From Phoronis australis (lineage: Eukaryota > Animalia > Phoronida), in NCBI GenBank assembly GCA_002633005.1, contig NMRA01000603.1:128017-192016 (forward strand): a stretch of 64,000 nt of DNA, read 5' to 3'. A model generated the notes under the pieces. That model ran no database searches, was not told the DNA's origin, and worked only from the letters and a program-made list of their open reading frames with translations. Position 1 is the first letter of the stretch; each line of letters starts with the position of its first letter. Position numbers and translations under genes: made by a program. Below are positions 50,601 through 62,702 of the stretch, one piece after another.

Positions 50601-53600
50601 GAACTGTTGAACAGAATGCGAAATCACCTCAACTTAAAAAGGAAGCAGGACACATACATAAACCACTAATCCAAAAATGTCGGAATGTTTTCAAACAACC
50701 ATACCTTTTAAAGTTTCTGTTTCGTCACTCAGCAATGCGTCTATGTCAAACTCTTTGCTCATCTCCGTGACGACCTGAGCATCAAGGTGTGCCGATAGCG
50801 TATGTTGCTCAGGAGGATGAGTGTAGTACCGAATTTTTCCACTGCACAACAAATCAAAAGTCACGTGACATAATATCTTGCAGGAGCTCCGTCCCACCAA
50901 GGCAATACTCAGTGCGACCATGAAAATGGGAAAAACTGTTTTGGGACAAAAATGTTCTTTTACACCTGTCTCGGCCTGTTTCCTCTGAAATGTCAAGATA
51001 GCTTGGGTGTACTGAGACTGAGCTTGGTGAGAGAGAGACTTAATAAGTGAATGACAAGAAGTGGGTGATGGCGTCTTGTGAACACAAGACACAGAAACAC
51101 TCAGTCACAGAGAAACGCAGTAAACCATTACAACGTAGGAACACATGGAAGAACATGGTTAAGAATTAACAGCTCTGAATAGCACAATTGCAGCTCATCA
51201 GCGATCAAACCAGTTCCAACTCACACGAATACATTTTTTTAGAGAGAAACTTTACCTTTTTGGTAGAATTTCAGGTCATCATTGCTTAATTTTAGTCAAT
51301 TTTCACAAACTAACAAATTACATCAACTCCTCAACTTAGAATTATGACTCCATAACTTCCAGTGGTGTTCTCTGACACATTTCCTCAAAGTCCAAGACAC
51401 CTACTGACTTTCAATACCAGACCCCGGTGCATAACATTTGCCATCTGACTTGACCAATGAACAGGAAATGATTAAAGCAGCGATTCAGCCAGTCAGACAC
51501 AATGAAACTTGCTCACAGCATCACAATTATGGTTTCAAGAGTTGTGATTCTGTCTTGCGTTAATTCACCACAAGTTAAATAATTAATTAGTAATACGTCA
51601 AAATTGTCCGAAAACACCTTCAAAAACGTAACGTTTCCCTTTAAAACGGAATGAGACTTGATAAAGAAGATATCAATCCAACGATTCAATCATAAGACAC
51701 CATCGACTGAGACCAATCCTCTACTACCCAGGGACCCACCTGTTCCAGTCCTGCAGGACAGTCTTTGCGGCCTTGTTGGCGTCTGGCACCCCGCCCTTCT
51801 TCAGCCGCCCCTGCCTTGTTGCCAGGTAACCCAGGAACTCATGCACGTCTGAGTAGTCGGGGATGCCGTAGCTAACCATGATCTGGAAAGTGACAGAGAA
51901 AAGCATGAAAAAGAGGTTTGTTTTACATTTTTAACACTCTAGCAAATGAGACTTCTGACGTTCACATAAGAGTGAAAGACTTAAACAGACCAAGCCCATT
52001 TAGCGCTGATTTATTTGCCGTAGTAGGTCAAATTAACATTAAAACATTAGCTATGTGAATTTGATTTTTACTACAAAGCACACGTTATGTCCTAGAAGCG
52101 AACTCTTGATTTAGACTACTTACCAGTAAAAAATTGGTACTAGATGAGAAACAATTTTTGAATTTGCAAATAAATGACCAGCAGTTAATTCGTTCAAACC
52201 AAACTCGGCGCATAAAATGACAAATTTTAGAGCCGGACGTCCTGAAACCGTCTCCAGTTTAATCAAGGAACAATACAGAACCAATTTCGTAACGGTAAAT
52301 GATCTAAATCATCTGTGACCACATTAATCTGTAGGCACCTTACTAACGAAAAGTTCATGCTTATCGTTATTGTCACGGATATGTCAGTCTAGATTACACG
52401 TGAGTGACCAGCAGCATGAAGCACTGCCCTCTGTACACGCTTGACCATGTTGAGTACACTTATGTTCACCCTTAGTGGCTCTACTTCAGGAACAACGTGG
52501 CTACTATAGAAGAGCAAGAGGGAAATTTGAAGACCACAGTGGTGTGATATCACGGCACGTGCTCGAACGACGCGCACAATGTGTTATAGTAAGAACTACT
52601 CACGTTCTCCTTGTTGCATCTTTTCAAAATGGCTTCAACAGGTGACACAGGGTCATCTAGAGTTTCAATCTGAAGTCACAGAAAAGATAGAATTGATCAA
52701 TCAACAGTGACACATTTAGAAACATACTGATAAGATGAGAAAATACGATTGTCAAAAAACCACAAGGCTTAAATTGTTGGACCTGAGGTAGACGAGTAAG
52801 ACAGCAAAATATCGTAATTAAACCAATTTTTCCTATTATAGACATTGAAACGAATCGTGATCTCTGATTCTGCTACGAAAACTCCCGCATGTCTTTGCAT
52901 TTATTTACAATAACTTTGAAATAATTCAGTTCATGCAAAAATATCATCGCAACAACTGTTAGAGAATGCAAGGGCGTGCGGTTTTAGGGACTTTTTGTAC
53001 TCCGTTTCAAGGATCATGATTTGCTTCGATGTATAACATACACAAACCAGGTGTAATTTGAATTTGGGCTACCTTTTCCACCAAACTCAGGTGTTGCAAC
53101 TTTAAATGCACTGTTACGGACTCATTTAGAGCGTAGGGTCAAAGAAATCAGTGAGTCCTTCATTTTGGGTGGGCATGTCACAAATGAATTTGGAATGCCT
53201 ACCTTTACGCAGTTACGAAGAATCATTGCTGAGTCAGACATTCCAGTTGCCATGACGACTCCAGGACTGTCCAGCAACTTAACATGTTTGTCTAACTGTA
53301 CTGCCTGCATGGCTCTGGAAGTAGGTCACATAAAGAGGTCAAAGGTTCAACAAAAAGCAATCATAATTAGTGCTTAGAATGTCAAAATGCAACTGAAAAA
53401 AGATAGAGGACCGTGATTTCGAACATTAGAACATATTAAAGCTTGGACAAACAATCAAATGCATGACTGAAGTTTTCCCAAAAGAGACACATCATAACAA
53501 TGACATTATGCAGCCTGGTGAATGAAGGGCAATTTCCTATCATAACACAACTAGACTTTAAGACTTGGCATGTCGGTGCACTTCATATTTAGTCGTAGGG

Positions 53601-56600
53601 GCTCTGTAGCAGGGCTTGGAATCACCAATGACAAAAAACGCNATGTGAAATCACCTCCACAAGGAAACCAAGCAGGACACATACATAAACCACTAATCCA
53701 AAAATGTTGTTTTCAAACAACCATACCTTTTAAAGTTTCTGTTTCGTCACTCAGCAATGCGTCTATGTCAAACTCTTTGCTCATCTCCGTGACGACCTGA
53801 GCATCGAGATGCGCCGATAGCGTGTGTTGCTCAGGAGGATGAGTGTAGTACCGAATCTTTCCACTGCACAACAAATCAAAAGTCACGTGACATAATACCT
53901 TCCAGGAGCTCCGTCACACCAAGGCAATACTCAGTGCGACGATGAAAATGGGAAAACTGTTGTGGGACAAAAATTTCTTTTACGCCTGTCTCGGCCTGTT
54001 TCCTCTGAAATGTCAAGATGGCTCGGGCGTACTGTGACTGAGCTTGGTAAGAGAGAAGCTTAACAAGTCAATGACAGGAAGTGTTGGGTGATGATGTGTT
54101 GTGAGCAAAAGGCACAGAAACGTACAGTTACACGGAAACGCAGTAAATCATTGCATTGTAGGAACACATGCAAGAACATGGTTAACAATTAATGGCTCTG
54201 AATAGCACAATTGCAGCTAATCAGCGATCAAACCAGTTCGAACTCACACGAATACATTATTTAGAGACTAGAGAGATATTACCTTTATGGTAGCATTCCA
54301 GGTCAAGATTGCTTATTTTCAGTTAATTTTCACAAAATCAAACTAACAAAATACATCAACTCCTCAACTTAGAATAGGCCTTTTGCGAGTTTATAACAAT
54401 AACGCGAGATTATGTGAGACTTAACTGTGACGTCACGGGAAGTGGGGCAAAAGCTTGTCGTTTGGTCATTTGCCCAATACGGTAGCAGAGTGTATTCTGT
54501 TATTGTCTTCGAGTTTTTAGCCGTTTAGTTCGAAAAATGTCCAAAAGCATTGCTGTTATGGCAAATGAACTTCAGATTCGCACTACAATACGTTCTATCG
54601 CGTTCTGTACTAATTTCGTCCCGTGTATTTTAAGCGGGCGGTAGGCGAAATCCGCTCACTGGTAAAATTTTCACCTCGTCGAAAATACATTCTACACCTA
54701 TAATTAGCACCTAAAAGGCTCTTACTTTCTTCAATGACTCTTTCTGCTTCTAAGCATATCTTCGATGAAGCATATATACGGGAATTCAGGTGACTTAGGC
54801 GAGGAATTCTAACTACACTTTGTGGTTAATGTTAACTTTGTCCGCGCGCGCAATTACCACAATCAAGTAGTTCAACTGAGTCAGGTGAGTATACGGCAAA
54901 GGCTAGCGCGAGACTGAGCGAAGCGCGAGATCTGGCGCGTGACACTTGCAAAATAGCATGAGAAAATATCAAGTGAAATTTGTAAGATTTGTGTCCCTTG
55001 GACTTTTTGTTCGTCAACAGGCGTGATTTCACGTAACTTCCTCAAAATGGCGGCTNNNNNNNNNNNNNNNNNNNNNNNNNNNNNNNNNNNNNNNNNNNNN
55101 NNNNNNNNNNNNNNNNNNNNNNNNNNNNNNNNNNNNNNNNNNNNNNNNNNNNNNNNNNNNNNNNNNNNNNNNNNNNNNNNNNNNNNNNNNNNNNNNNNNN
55201 NNNNNNNNNNNNNNNNNNNNNNNNNNNNNNNNNNNNNNNNNNNNNNNNNNNNNNNNNNNNNNNNNNNNNNNNNNNNNNNNNNNNNNNNNNNNNNNNNNNN
55301 NNNNNNNNNNNNNNNNNNNNNNNNNNNNNNNNNNNNNNNNNNNNNNNNNNNNNNNNNNNNNNNNNNNNNNNNNNNNNNNNNNNNNNNNNNNNNNNNNNNN
55401 NNNNNNNNNNNNNNNNNNNNNNNNNNNNNNNNNNNNNNNNNNNNNNNNNNNNNNNNNNNNNNNNNNNNNNNNNNNNNNNNNNNNNNNNNNNNNNNNNNNN
55501 NNNNNNNNNNNNNNNNNNNNNNNNNNNNNNNNNNNNNNNNNNNNNNNNNNNNNNNNNNNNNNNNNNNNNNNNNNNNNNNNNNNNNNNNNNNNNNNNNNNN
55601 NNNNNNNNNNNNNNNNNNNNNNNNNNNNNNNNNNNNNNNNNNNNNNNNNNNNNNNNNNNAAAAAAAAAACGTTACCACCATCAGTAGCATGCGTCTGCGT
55701 ACTTTTAGCTCGCCCGTCCACTCCCAACCCACACATTTTTGGTTGCGGAGCGGTAGTACTTGCCGCCGCACTTAACAATAACACGAGACGCCATTGAAAA
55801 TCACACCACACTGTCCCAGATGCCCCGGCAATGTTGACAATTTACGTTCCTCCGAAACATAAAGAGCAACTTCCGCTTTTCGAGGTGAACGTCGTCTGCA
55901 ACGCCGTGGTAAGAAAGGAATTTGCCGAGGAAATTTTATATCAAATCCAATTTTTTTACGCCGAAATATTATAAAAAAAGCGGAAAGCACATTTGAAAAA
56001 AGCGGAAATCCGCGTTTCCGCGGAAAATTCCAAGCCCTGTTTAATACGGAACGAGACATGATCAAGAAGATATCAATCCAACGATTCAATCATGAGACAC
56101 CATCGACTGAGACCAATCCTTTACTACCCTGGGACCCACCTGTTCCAGTCCTGCAGGACAGTCTTTGCGGCCTTGTTGGCGTCTGGCACCCCGCCCTTCT
56201 TCAGCCGCCCCTGCCTTGTTGCCAGGTAACCCAGGAACTCATGCACGTCTGAGTAGTCGGGGACGCCGTAGCTAACCATGATCTGGAAAGTGACAGAGAA
56301 AAGCATGAAAAAGAGGTTTGTTTTACATTTTTAACAATCTACCAAATGAGACTTCTGACGTTCACATAAGAGTGAAAGACTTAAACAGACCAAGCCCATT
56401 TAGCGCTGATTTATTTGCCGTCGTGGGTCAAATTAACATTAAAACATTAGCTATGTGAATTTGATTTTTACTACAAAGCACACGTTCTGTCCTAGAAGCG
56501 AACTCTTGATTTAGACTACTTACCAGTAAAAAATTGGTACTAGATGAGAAACAATTTTTGAATTTGCAAATAAATGACTAGCAGTTAATTCGTTCAAACC

Positions 56601-59600
56601 AAACTCGGCGCATAAAATGACAAATTTTAGAGCCGGACGTCCTGAAACCGTCTCCAGTTTAACCAAGGAACAATACAGAACCAATTTCGTAACGGTAAAT
56701 GATCTAAATCACCTGTGACCACATTAATCTGTAGGCAGCTTACTAACGAAAAGTTCACGCTTATCGTTATTGTCACGGATATGTCAGTCTAGATTACACG
56801 TGAGTGACCAGCAGCATGAAGCACTGCCCTCTGTACACACTTGCCCATGTTGAGTACACTTATGTTCACCCTTAGTGGCTCTATTTCAGGAACAACGGGG
56901 CTACTATAGAAGAGCAAGAGGGACAGTGGTGTGATATCACGGCACGTGCTCTAACGACGCGCACAATGTGTTATAGTAAGAACTACTCACGTTCTCCTTG
57001 TTGCATCTTTTCAAAATGGCTTCAACGGGTGACACAGGGTCATCTAGAGTTTCAATCTGAAGTCACAGAAAAGATAGAATTGATCAATCAACAGTGACAC
57101 ATTTAGAAACATACTGATAAGATGAGAAAATACAATTGTCAAAAAACCACAAGGCTTAAATTGTTGGACCTGAGGTAGACGAGTAAGACAGCAAAATATC
57201 GTAATTAAACCAATTTTTCCTATTATAGACATTGAAACGAATCGTGATCTCTGATTCTGCTACGAAAACTCCCGCATGTCTTTGCATTTATTTACAATAA
57301 CTTTGAAATAATTCAGTTCATGCAAAAATATCATCGCAACAACTGTTAGAGAATGCAAGGGCGTGCGGTTTTAGGGACTTTTTGTACTCCGTTTCAAGGA
57401 TCATGATTTGCTTCGATGTATAACATACACAAACCAGGTGTAATTTGAATTTGGGCTACCTTTTCCACCAAACTCAGGTGTTGCAACTTTAAATGCACTG
57501 TTACGGACTCATTTAGAGCGTAGGGTCAAAGAAATCAGTGAGTCCTTCATTTTGGGTGGGCATGTCACAAATGAATTTGAAATGCCTACCTTTACGCAGT
57601 TACGAAGAATCATTGCTGAGTCAGACATTCCAGTTGCCATGACGACTCCAGGACTGTCCAGCAACTTAACATGTTTGTCTAACTGTACTGCCTGCATGGC
57701 TCTGGAAGTAGGTCACATAAAGAGGTCAAAGGTTCAACAAAAAGCAATCATTAGTGCTTAGAATGTCAAAATGCAACTGAAAAAAGATAGAGGACCCTGT
57801 GATTTCGAACATTAGAACATAGTAAAGCTTGGACAAACAATCAAATGCGTGACTGAAGTTTTCCCAAAAGAGACACATCATAACAATGACATTATGCAGC
57901 CTGGTGAATGAAGGGCAATTTCCTATCATAACACAACTAGACTTTAAGACTTGGCATGTCGGTGCACTTCATATTTAGTCGTAGGGGCTCTGTAGCAGGG
58001 CTTGGAATCACCAATGACAAAAAACGCGGAAACTTTTACGGCCCAAAACATGCGCGCTACCCAGCCTTGAAATAGTCGATGTGAACCTTTCGCCGACAAA
58101 AATCGGTAAGACTAAAAAAAAAGAAACATTACCACCAACCACCATCAGTAGCATGCGTTCTGCGTCTTTTTATCTCGTCCATCCACTCCTCCACTCCCAC
58201 CCCAACAAATTTTTGGCTGCAGAGCCGTAGTATTTGTCACCGCGGTTTACAATCACACGAGACGCCGTTGAAGATCCCACCACGCTATCCCAGATGCCCC
58301 GGCAATGTTGACAATTTAAGTTCCTCCGAAACATAAAGAGCAACTTCCGCTTTTCAAGGTGAATGTCGTCGGCAACGCCGCGGTAAGAAAGGAATTTGCC
58401 GCGGAAATTTTATATCATATCCGATTTTTTTACGCGGAAATATAATAAAATGTGCGGACAGAACATTTGAAAAAAGCGGAAATCCGCGTTTCCGCGGAAA
58501 ATTCCAAGCCCTGCTGTAGTGAGAGGAAAATATTGGACTCTTTATCTCCTTTCCTAGTTTTGTTTGAAAACTATGCCCATTCACGGTATTTTGCATACAG
58601 GTCAATATAAACTATAATGTATTAGACTGTATAAAATAAATACAAACTAGGAATTATATCACTAAGAGTATTGTCATTTCTTCTATGATGATGAATGACC
58701 AAGTGCCAAATCATTAAATGGAGTTGTTTACCTATGAGTGACTGAATTTAACTATGAAATACTCACTTAGTGAAACCAGGTGTGGCGCCCACACCGCAAA
58801 CCTTGGTCCTCTTCAGGCTGTTGATAAGGCTGCTTTTACCTGTGTTGGGGAAGCCCACCACGCCCACCGAGATCGACGTGCGTATGTCCTGGCTGCGGCA
58901 GTAGTTGCCTAGCAACTTGAGCAGAGTGTCACCGCCCAGACACCTACTGGTCTGTGCCAGATCATGGGTCGCCTGGGCCACGGGAACCTTACTGTGGGAC
59001 TGCAATTAGATCAACGCAATTAGGGTATTGTTGTTCATACAAGAAAAGACAAAAACTTAATTTGAAGCTAGGCATGCTTCGAAAAGTGCATCCACCACGT
59101 TAAAGGTTTCAGGAAGACCTGACTAGCTATACAACAGAAGCTGTGGGCTTTATAACTAACTGCATTCATGATATAGACTGAGCAAACGGCTGCCACAGAA
59201 GTCGAGCAAAATGTGAATTGTCAAAAATGGTAAACTTGGTGAGGTTCAGCTAAGCAATATCGAAAGTTTGAGAATGAAGAAGTCTACATTACTCATATTT
59301 CTCAACTCTAATTTAATACTAACTGTGAAACATAAAAAGCCAGGGACGTAGGTCCACTCACCAAGTTCTCTCGCTGCGTTTGTGTCGATGCTTTGAATGC
59401 CACAGTTGGGAATTCGTTGCGTAGATGTTTTAGCCAAGCCTCAACGTTGTCTCTCGGCACCAGATCTGCCAATACAGCAACAGCATAATATGACCAGGAA
59501 TTCCTGTCATGACAGCTGAGTGCAAGCAAAATTAACTATCTGAGAAGCTAGAATGACCCATGGTAATGGGGAAACTGTATTTTCTCCAACAGTTTTGGGT

Positions 59601-62222
59601 GAGCACTGTACATCTCGTCATGACTTGAATGAGGTAAAATGCAGGATACCACGTTACTACAGACTGTATTATACAGTATAGCCTAAAATCATATCCCAAG
59701 TCAGAGTAAAAATTACAAAACACTAACTACGCATCCTATGAACAAACACAAAAATCAAACTAGAACTTAGTAATATTTATAACAACCTGATCCCCGAAAC
59801 CTGACAAAAGAGATCTTGATGCCACATTTTTGGGGCCCCATTTAAGTCCTATAATTTAAAAATCATGCAAAATTCTCAAAAGATCAAAAAGATCCTCTCG
59901 GGATTAGAATCATGACTACAAAATACCATTATTGGCTAACGAAGGGTGGCGATAGCGCGGTGCAATCGGTGGACACAAAAAGACTCACACTCAGAATGCA
60001 CAGACACCGTTCCCTCTAAGTGAGCAAATGCAAAATAAGGAGGCAACTGCAAAAAACAGATGTTCAACCCACCGATTTTATTCAAGACGAGGACAAGTTT
60101 TTTCTTCGTCCCTGCGCTCAGTACTGCCTCCTCAACTTGAGGACATCTGCTACCCAAGGGGTCGCGTGCATCAAGTACTTCTAGCACCACGTCAGCCGCG
60201 TCGATGACCTTGCGGAACTCTTTGTAGTAGGCCTTGAGTGACGTCTCAACAGCCTTTCCACTGTTGAAGTTTTTACTCGCCTCCTCAACAAAGGCATTCT
60301 AAAAATGGGGAAACCGACCCAAAAATAACCACTTGAAAAGGCTCATCGTGACTCACACAAAATAACACTGCCAATTTCAAAATCAAATAATTTAATGCAA
60401 AATACTTTCTGCATATAGCCTGTGAATTAAGCTGTTTGTACAGCTTACAATCATCGAGGAACTCCGTGAAGTTAGTGTGCCTTTTCTAAATTCAGAGTAA
60501 TGTGCATGAAACATTAAGAATATCAACAGGGTCTTCACTAAACTTTCAGTTATTTGGCATAACTGCCAAAATGGTCATTGTTAGATTTTTCAAAAGGATT
60601 ACTATGATTTTCATGTGCCTATTATCTATCAAATCCCAGACCGCCAACTCCGTATACTTTCAATGGACGAAATATGTGCTCTTACACAAACTGGAAACAG
60701 AAAACTTAGGAGAGTGGCACCTCCTCTAGGATAGTACGCAAGAAAATGTCGGAGTTCCAAATCTGTTGTCTATAAACTGTGATCGAATGTGATTTTCTTA
60801 AAATTCCAAATGTTGGCTTATCAGTAACGTCCCACATGACCTAAAGTCAGGGTCTGCTTGTACCGAAACATTTCAACAAATACCAGAACGGACCTTTCTT
60901 TCGAATTCTTTGCTTCGCTTCTCGGCATCTTTCGTCAGACTCTCTAAGTTTCTCTTCTTGTCACGAAGTTTTTCCCTCTCCTTTTTCCGCCTTTCTTTCT
61001 GTTTCTGACGTTCATCTTCTAGCTACAAATTAAACAAAACAATACAGTTATCCATAAGAAAGTATGGGATACAGGGCTCCGGTGGAAGAGGTATGACTAA
61101 TTTTTACGAACAGTGAGAGTACTTTTTTGTTTTTGGATGGCAACATTCAACCTCAATTTCGGCGACCTCAGATTTTCTTGGGCGACCTGGGATTTTCTCC
61201 AGATAGTTTTTGACGAATTGGTGTTAAGGTAAGCACTGAGCACTGGCATAACTGAATCAGCAGGCCGGAAGACGAAACCTATTAAACTGGTATTGGTTCA
61301 GGAAGGTTTGTTTACCAAAAAGTAGTTGAAGTATTGATTTATAGCAATCAGGGTCTTCATTCACCTGAGGGAACAGGTTAACTTTCTTCTTAGAAGAGAA
61401 TTTTTGTCTGTGAGAGATACAAGTGATTTAAGCCACGACAGAAATTTCTTAATCCTTTGACGAAATGCTTGCACCCGCGTGATACATCAATTTCTTTGAA
61501 AGAGAAGGAGGGTAAATGTTCGGCCCCGAAATCAAGTGATCGAAGGCCCTAGCTATGTCAAGAGACTTGGCTTGAACCTACAGCATTAAGTACATACTGG
61601 ACATACATAGTAGATCAGATACCATTCATCCATTAAAGGTCCAGCAAGCCAGGGTGTGAAGTCACATGGCAAAATAAAAATGTAATAAGGTAGCACTGAA
61701 ACTACCACTAACCCTTCTTTTCCTGTCTTCAGCCTCTTTGAGAATCTCTTCTTTGAATGGGAACTTGTTGGGCACGCCCGGGTCTTTCTTTTTTCCTTTC
61801 TTGGGATTGACCTTGCTCTCCTTTTTAATTTTTCTATTGTGTTCTCTCACCTGGAAAAGGAGAATAACAAGTAATAATAAAATGGTGCCAAGCTCCAACA
61901 AGTAAAATTTTAAAGTCAATGTCTGGTCACAGAACCTGACCATTTCTATTGAAGTGACAACCATCTAAATTCTAATCAAAACAAGCTATGCTGCACTTCG
62001 AAACTTTAAATTTTATGAAGATAATTTTTTATCAGTCTTGCAAATAATTGAATTTTGTTCAAAAAGCACTAATTAATGCAAGACAGTGGCTATCATGCCA
62101 CTGACCCAATACAAGTTATGGCAGCATTAACGGCCTGGAAACCAATAAACACCAATGAGCAGTACGAACCTTCTTTTCTATTTTAGCCCTCTTTCGTGTG
62201 TTGAGCCTTTTGCTCTTTTTCT
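47571..62222 (-). CDS. GNL3: Nucleostemin / GNL3-GNL3L family nucleolar circularly permuted GTPase (whole gene; first coding exon uncertain)
   Basis: Exons 5'->3': 62170-62222, 61713-61850, 60894-61022, 60073-60298, 59362-59465, 58767-58999, 57590-57701, 56991-57056, 56140-56282, 53727-53863 (last four duplicated at 53203-53314, 52604-52669, 51740-51882, 50705-50841), 49846-50018, 49079-49250, 47571-47671. Basic N-terminus KKSKRL...KKVREHNRK...KDPGVPN, then [26 protein letters not shown] in permuted order; acidic tail ending YNFDVDFS*. Confidence 0.93.
49079..49250 (-). CDS. GNL3: GNL3-like penultimate exon (basic)
   Basis: ttcag|[16 protein letters not shown]...[14 protein letters not shown]|gtaaga. 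Confidence 0.88.
49775..49863. repeat. 45-bp tandem duplication spanning a GNL3 5' splice site
   Basis: CCAATGGCTATGTAACCCAGTCTCACCTCACTCGCCT at 49775 and 49820. Confidence 0.95.
49846..50018 (-). CDS. GNL3: GNL3-like acidic exon (a second donor would extend it to 49801)
   Basis: [20 protein letters not shown]...[32 protein letters not shown]|gtgaga. Confidence 0.88.
50705..50841 (-). CDS. GNL3: GNL3-like exon, duplicate copy B
   Basis: Same peptide as 53727-53863 with synonymous differences. Confidence 0.88.
51740..51882 (-). CDS. GNL3: GNL3-like exon, duplicate copy B
   Basis: Near-identical to 56140-56282; GIPDY instead of GVPDY. Confidence 0.85.
52604..52669 (-). CDS. GNL3: GNL3-like exon, duplicate copy B
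   Basis: Near-identical to 56991-57056 (one synonymous change). Confidence 0.85.
53203..53314 (-). CDS. GNL3: GNL3-like DSPG exon, duplicate copy B
   Basis: Near-identical to 57590-57701. Confidence 0.85.
53727..53863 (-). CDS. GNL3: GNL3-like exon, copy A
   Basis: [45 protein letters not shown]. Confidence 0.88.
54373..55055. mobile_element. Insertion present only in GNL3 copy A (runs into the gap)
   Basis: Alignment with copy B breaks after CTCAACTTAGAAT; sequence ATAGGCCTTTTGCG... is absent from copy B. Confidence 0.55.
55660..56039. mobile_element. Partial copy of the CAGGGCTTGGAA element (left end in gap)
   Basis: Homologous to ~58115-58513, ends TTCCAAGCCCTG; absent at the matching site (~51640) of copy B. 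Confidence 0.8.
56140..56282 (-). CDS. GNL3: GNL3-like exon, copy A
   Basis: [47 protein letters not shown]. Confidence 0.92.
56991..57056 (-). CDS. GNL3: GNL3-like exon, copy A
   Basis: [22 protein letters not shown]|gtgagt. Confidence 0.9.
57590..57701 (-). CDS. GNL3: GNL3-like exon (G3 DSPG), copy A
   Basis: [37 protein letters not shown]. Confidence 0.93.
57996..58513. mobile_element. MITE with 6-bp TSD in a GNL3 intron
   Basis: CTGTAG|CAGGGCTTGGAAT...ATTCCAAGCCCTG|CTGTAG. Confidence 0.85.
58767..58999 (-). CDS. GNL3: GNL3-like exon (G1 P-loop, G2)
   Basis: ...LLGNYCR...[33 protein letters not shown]|gtgagt. Confidence 0.96.
59362..59465 (-). CDS. GNL3: GNL3-like exon
   Basis: [35 protein letters not shown]|gtgagt. 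Confidence 0.95.
60073..60298 (-). CDS. GNL3: GNL3-like exon (DARDP, start of NKID)
   Basis: ...[37 protein letters not shown]...LVLVLNKI. Confidence 0.95.
60894..61022 (-). CDS. GNL3: GNL3-like exon (coiled coil)
   Basis: [43 protein letters not shown], phase 0/0. Confidence 0.9.
61713..61850 (-). CDS. GNL3: GNL3-like exon (GN3L_Grn1-type region)
   Basis: [50 protein letters not shown] bounded. Confidence 0.93.
62170..62222 (-). CDS. GNL3: GNL3-like exon (basic N-terminus)
   Basis: gtag|[17 protein letters not shown]|gttcgt; needs a short upstream phase-1 exon. Confidence 0.88.
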
Positions 62223-62340
62223 CTACAAATCAGAGAAAAAAACATGAATTGATGTACAGACAAAATCATCACACATCTTTTAACAAAATATATTGACACC
62301 GGAATTACATCTTACTGTATCTAGGAACTGTCTAGACAGT

Positions 62341-62702
62341 GACCACCATCTCTAGCTGGCTCAATAGAGACAGTGTAGCTCATATAGGCACTTGATACAC
62401 CAGAAGCTTTTCAGCGAATTATTCCTCACACCGTCTAAAGCATAAGAGTCACGTTGTTATAAATACTTTATGCGCATAGACAGACACCTAAGAAGGCCGT
62501 CGATGACCAATTCCTTCCAACTCGAACAAATACTCCCATTATCAAACTTCGAGCAGTCCCTCGTTCAGTTGCCAAAATCGCAAACTGGCCATTTTTACAC
62601 TGCGCACAGCAAGTGGTATGACATCATATCCCCTGGCGTGCACAGTGTAAAAATGGCCACTTATTGATTTTGGCAACTGAACGAGGGACTGCTCCAAGAA
62701 AA
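62341..62702. mobile_element. Partial copy of the 31779-32266 palindromic MITE
   Basis: One long arm plus the central inverted pair GAGCAGTCCCTCGTTCAGTTGCC...GGCAACTGAACGAGGGACTGCTC. Confidence 0.8.

Larger units (their letters stand above)
50617..58027. repeat. Tandem near-identical segments: copy B 50617-53641, copy A 53643-58027, joined by a single N
   Basis: Exons and introns align nearly base for base; junction is N at 53642. Confidence 0.9.

Noticed and set aside
58685-58745. ATGATGA...CTGA C/D-like pair on +
   Set aside because: Antisense to the host gene and no terminal stem
47672-62169. Intronic snoRNAs (vertebrate GNL3 hosts C/D snoRNAs); weak candidates at ~48434-48484 (ATGACGA...CTGA on -) and ~52380-52525 (hairpin + ANANNA on -)
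   Set aside because: No canonical box C with terminal stem or recognisable guide by eye; an Infernal/snoscan search would be needed
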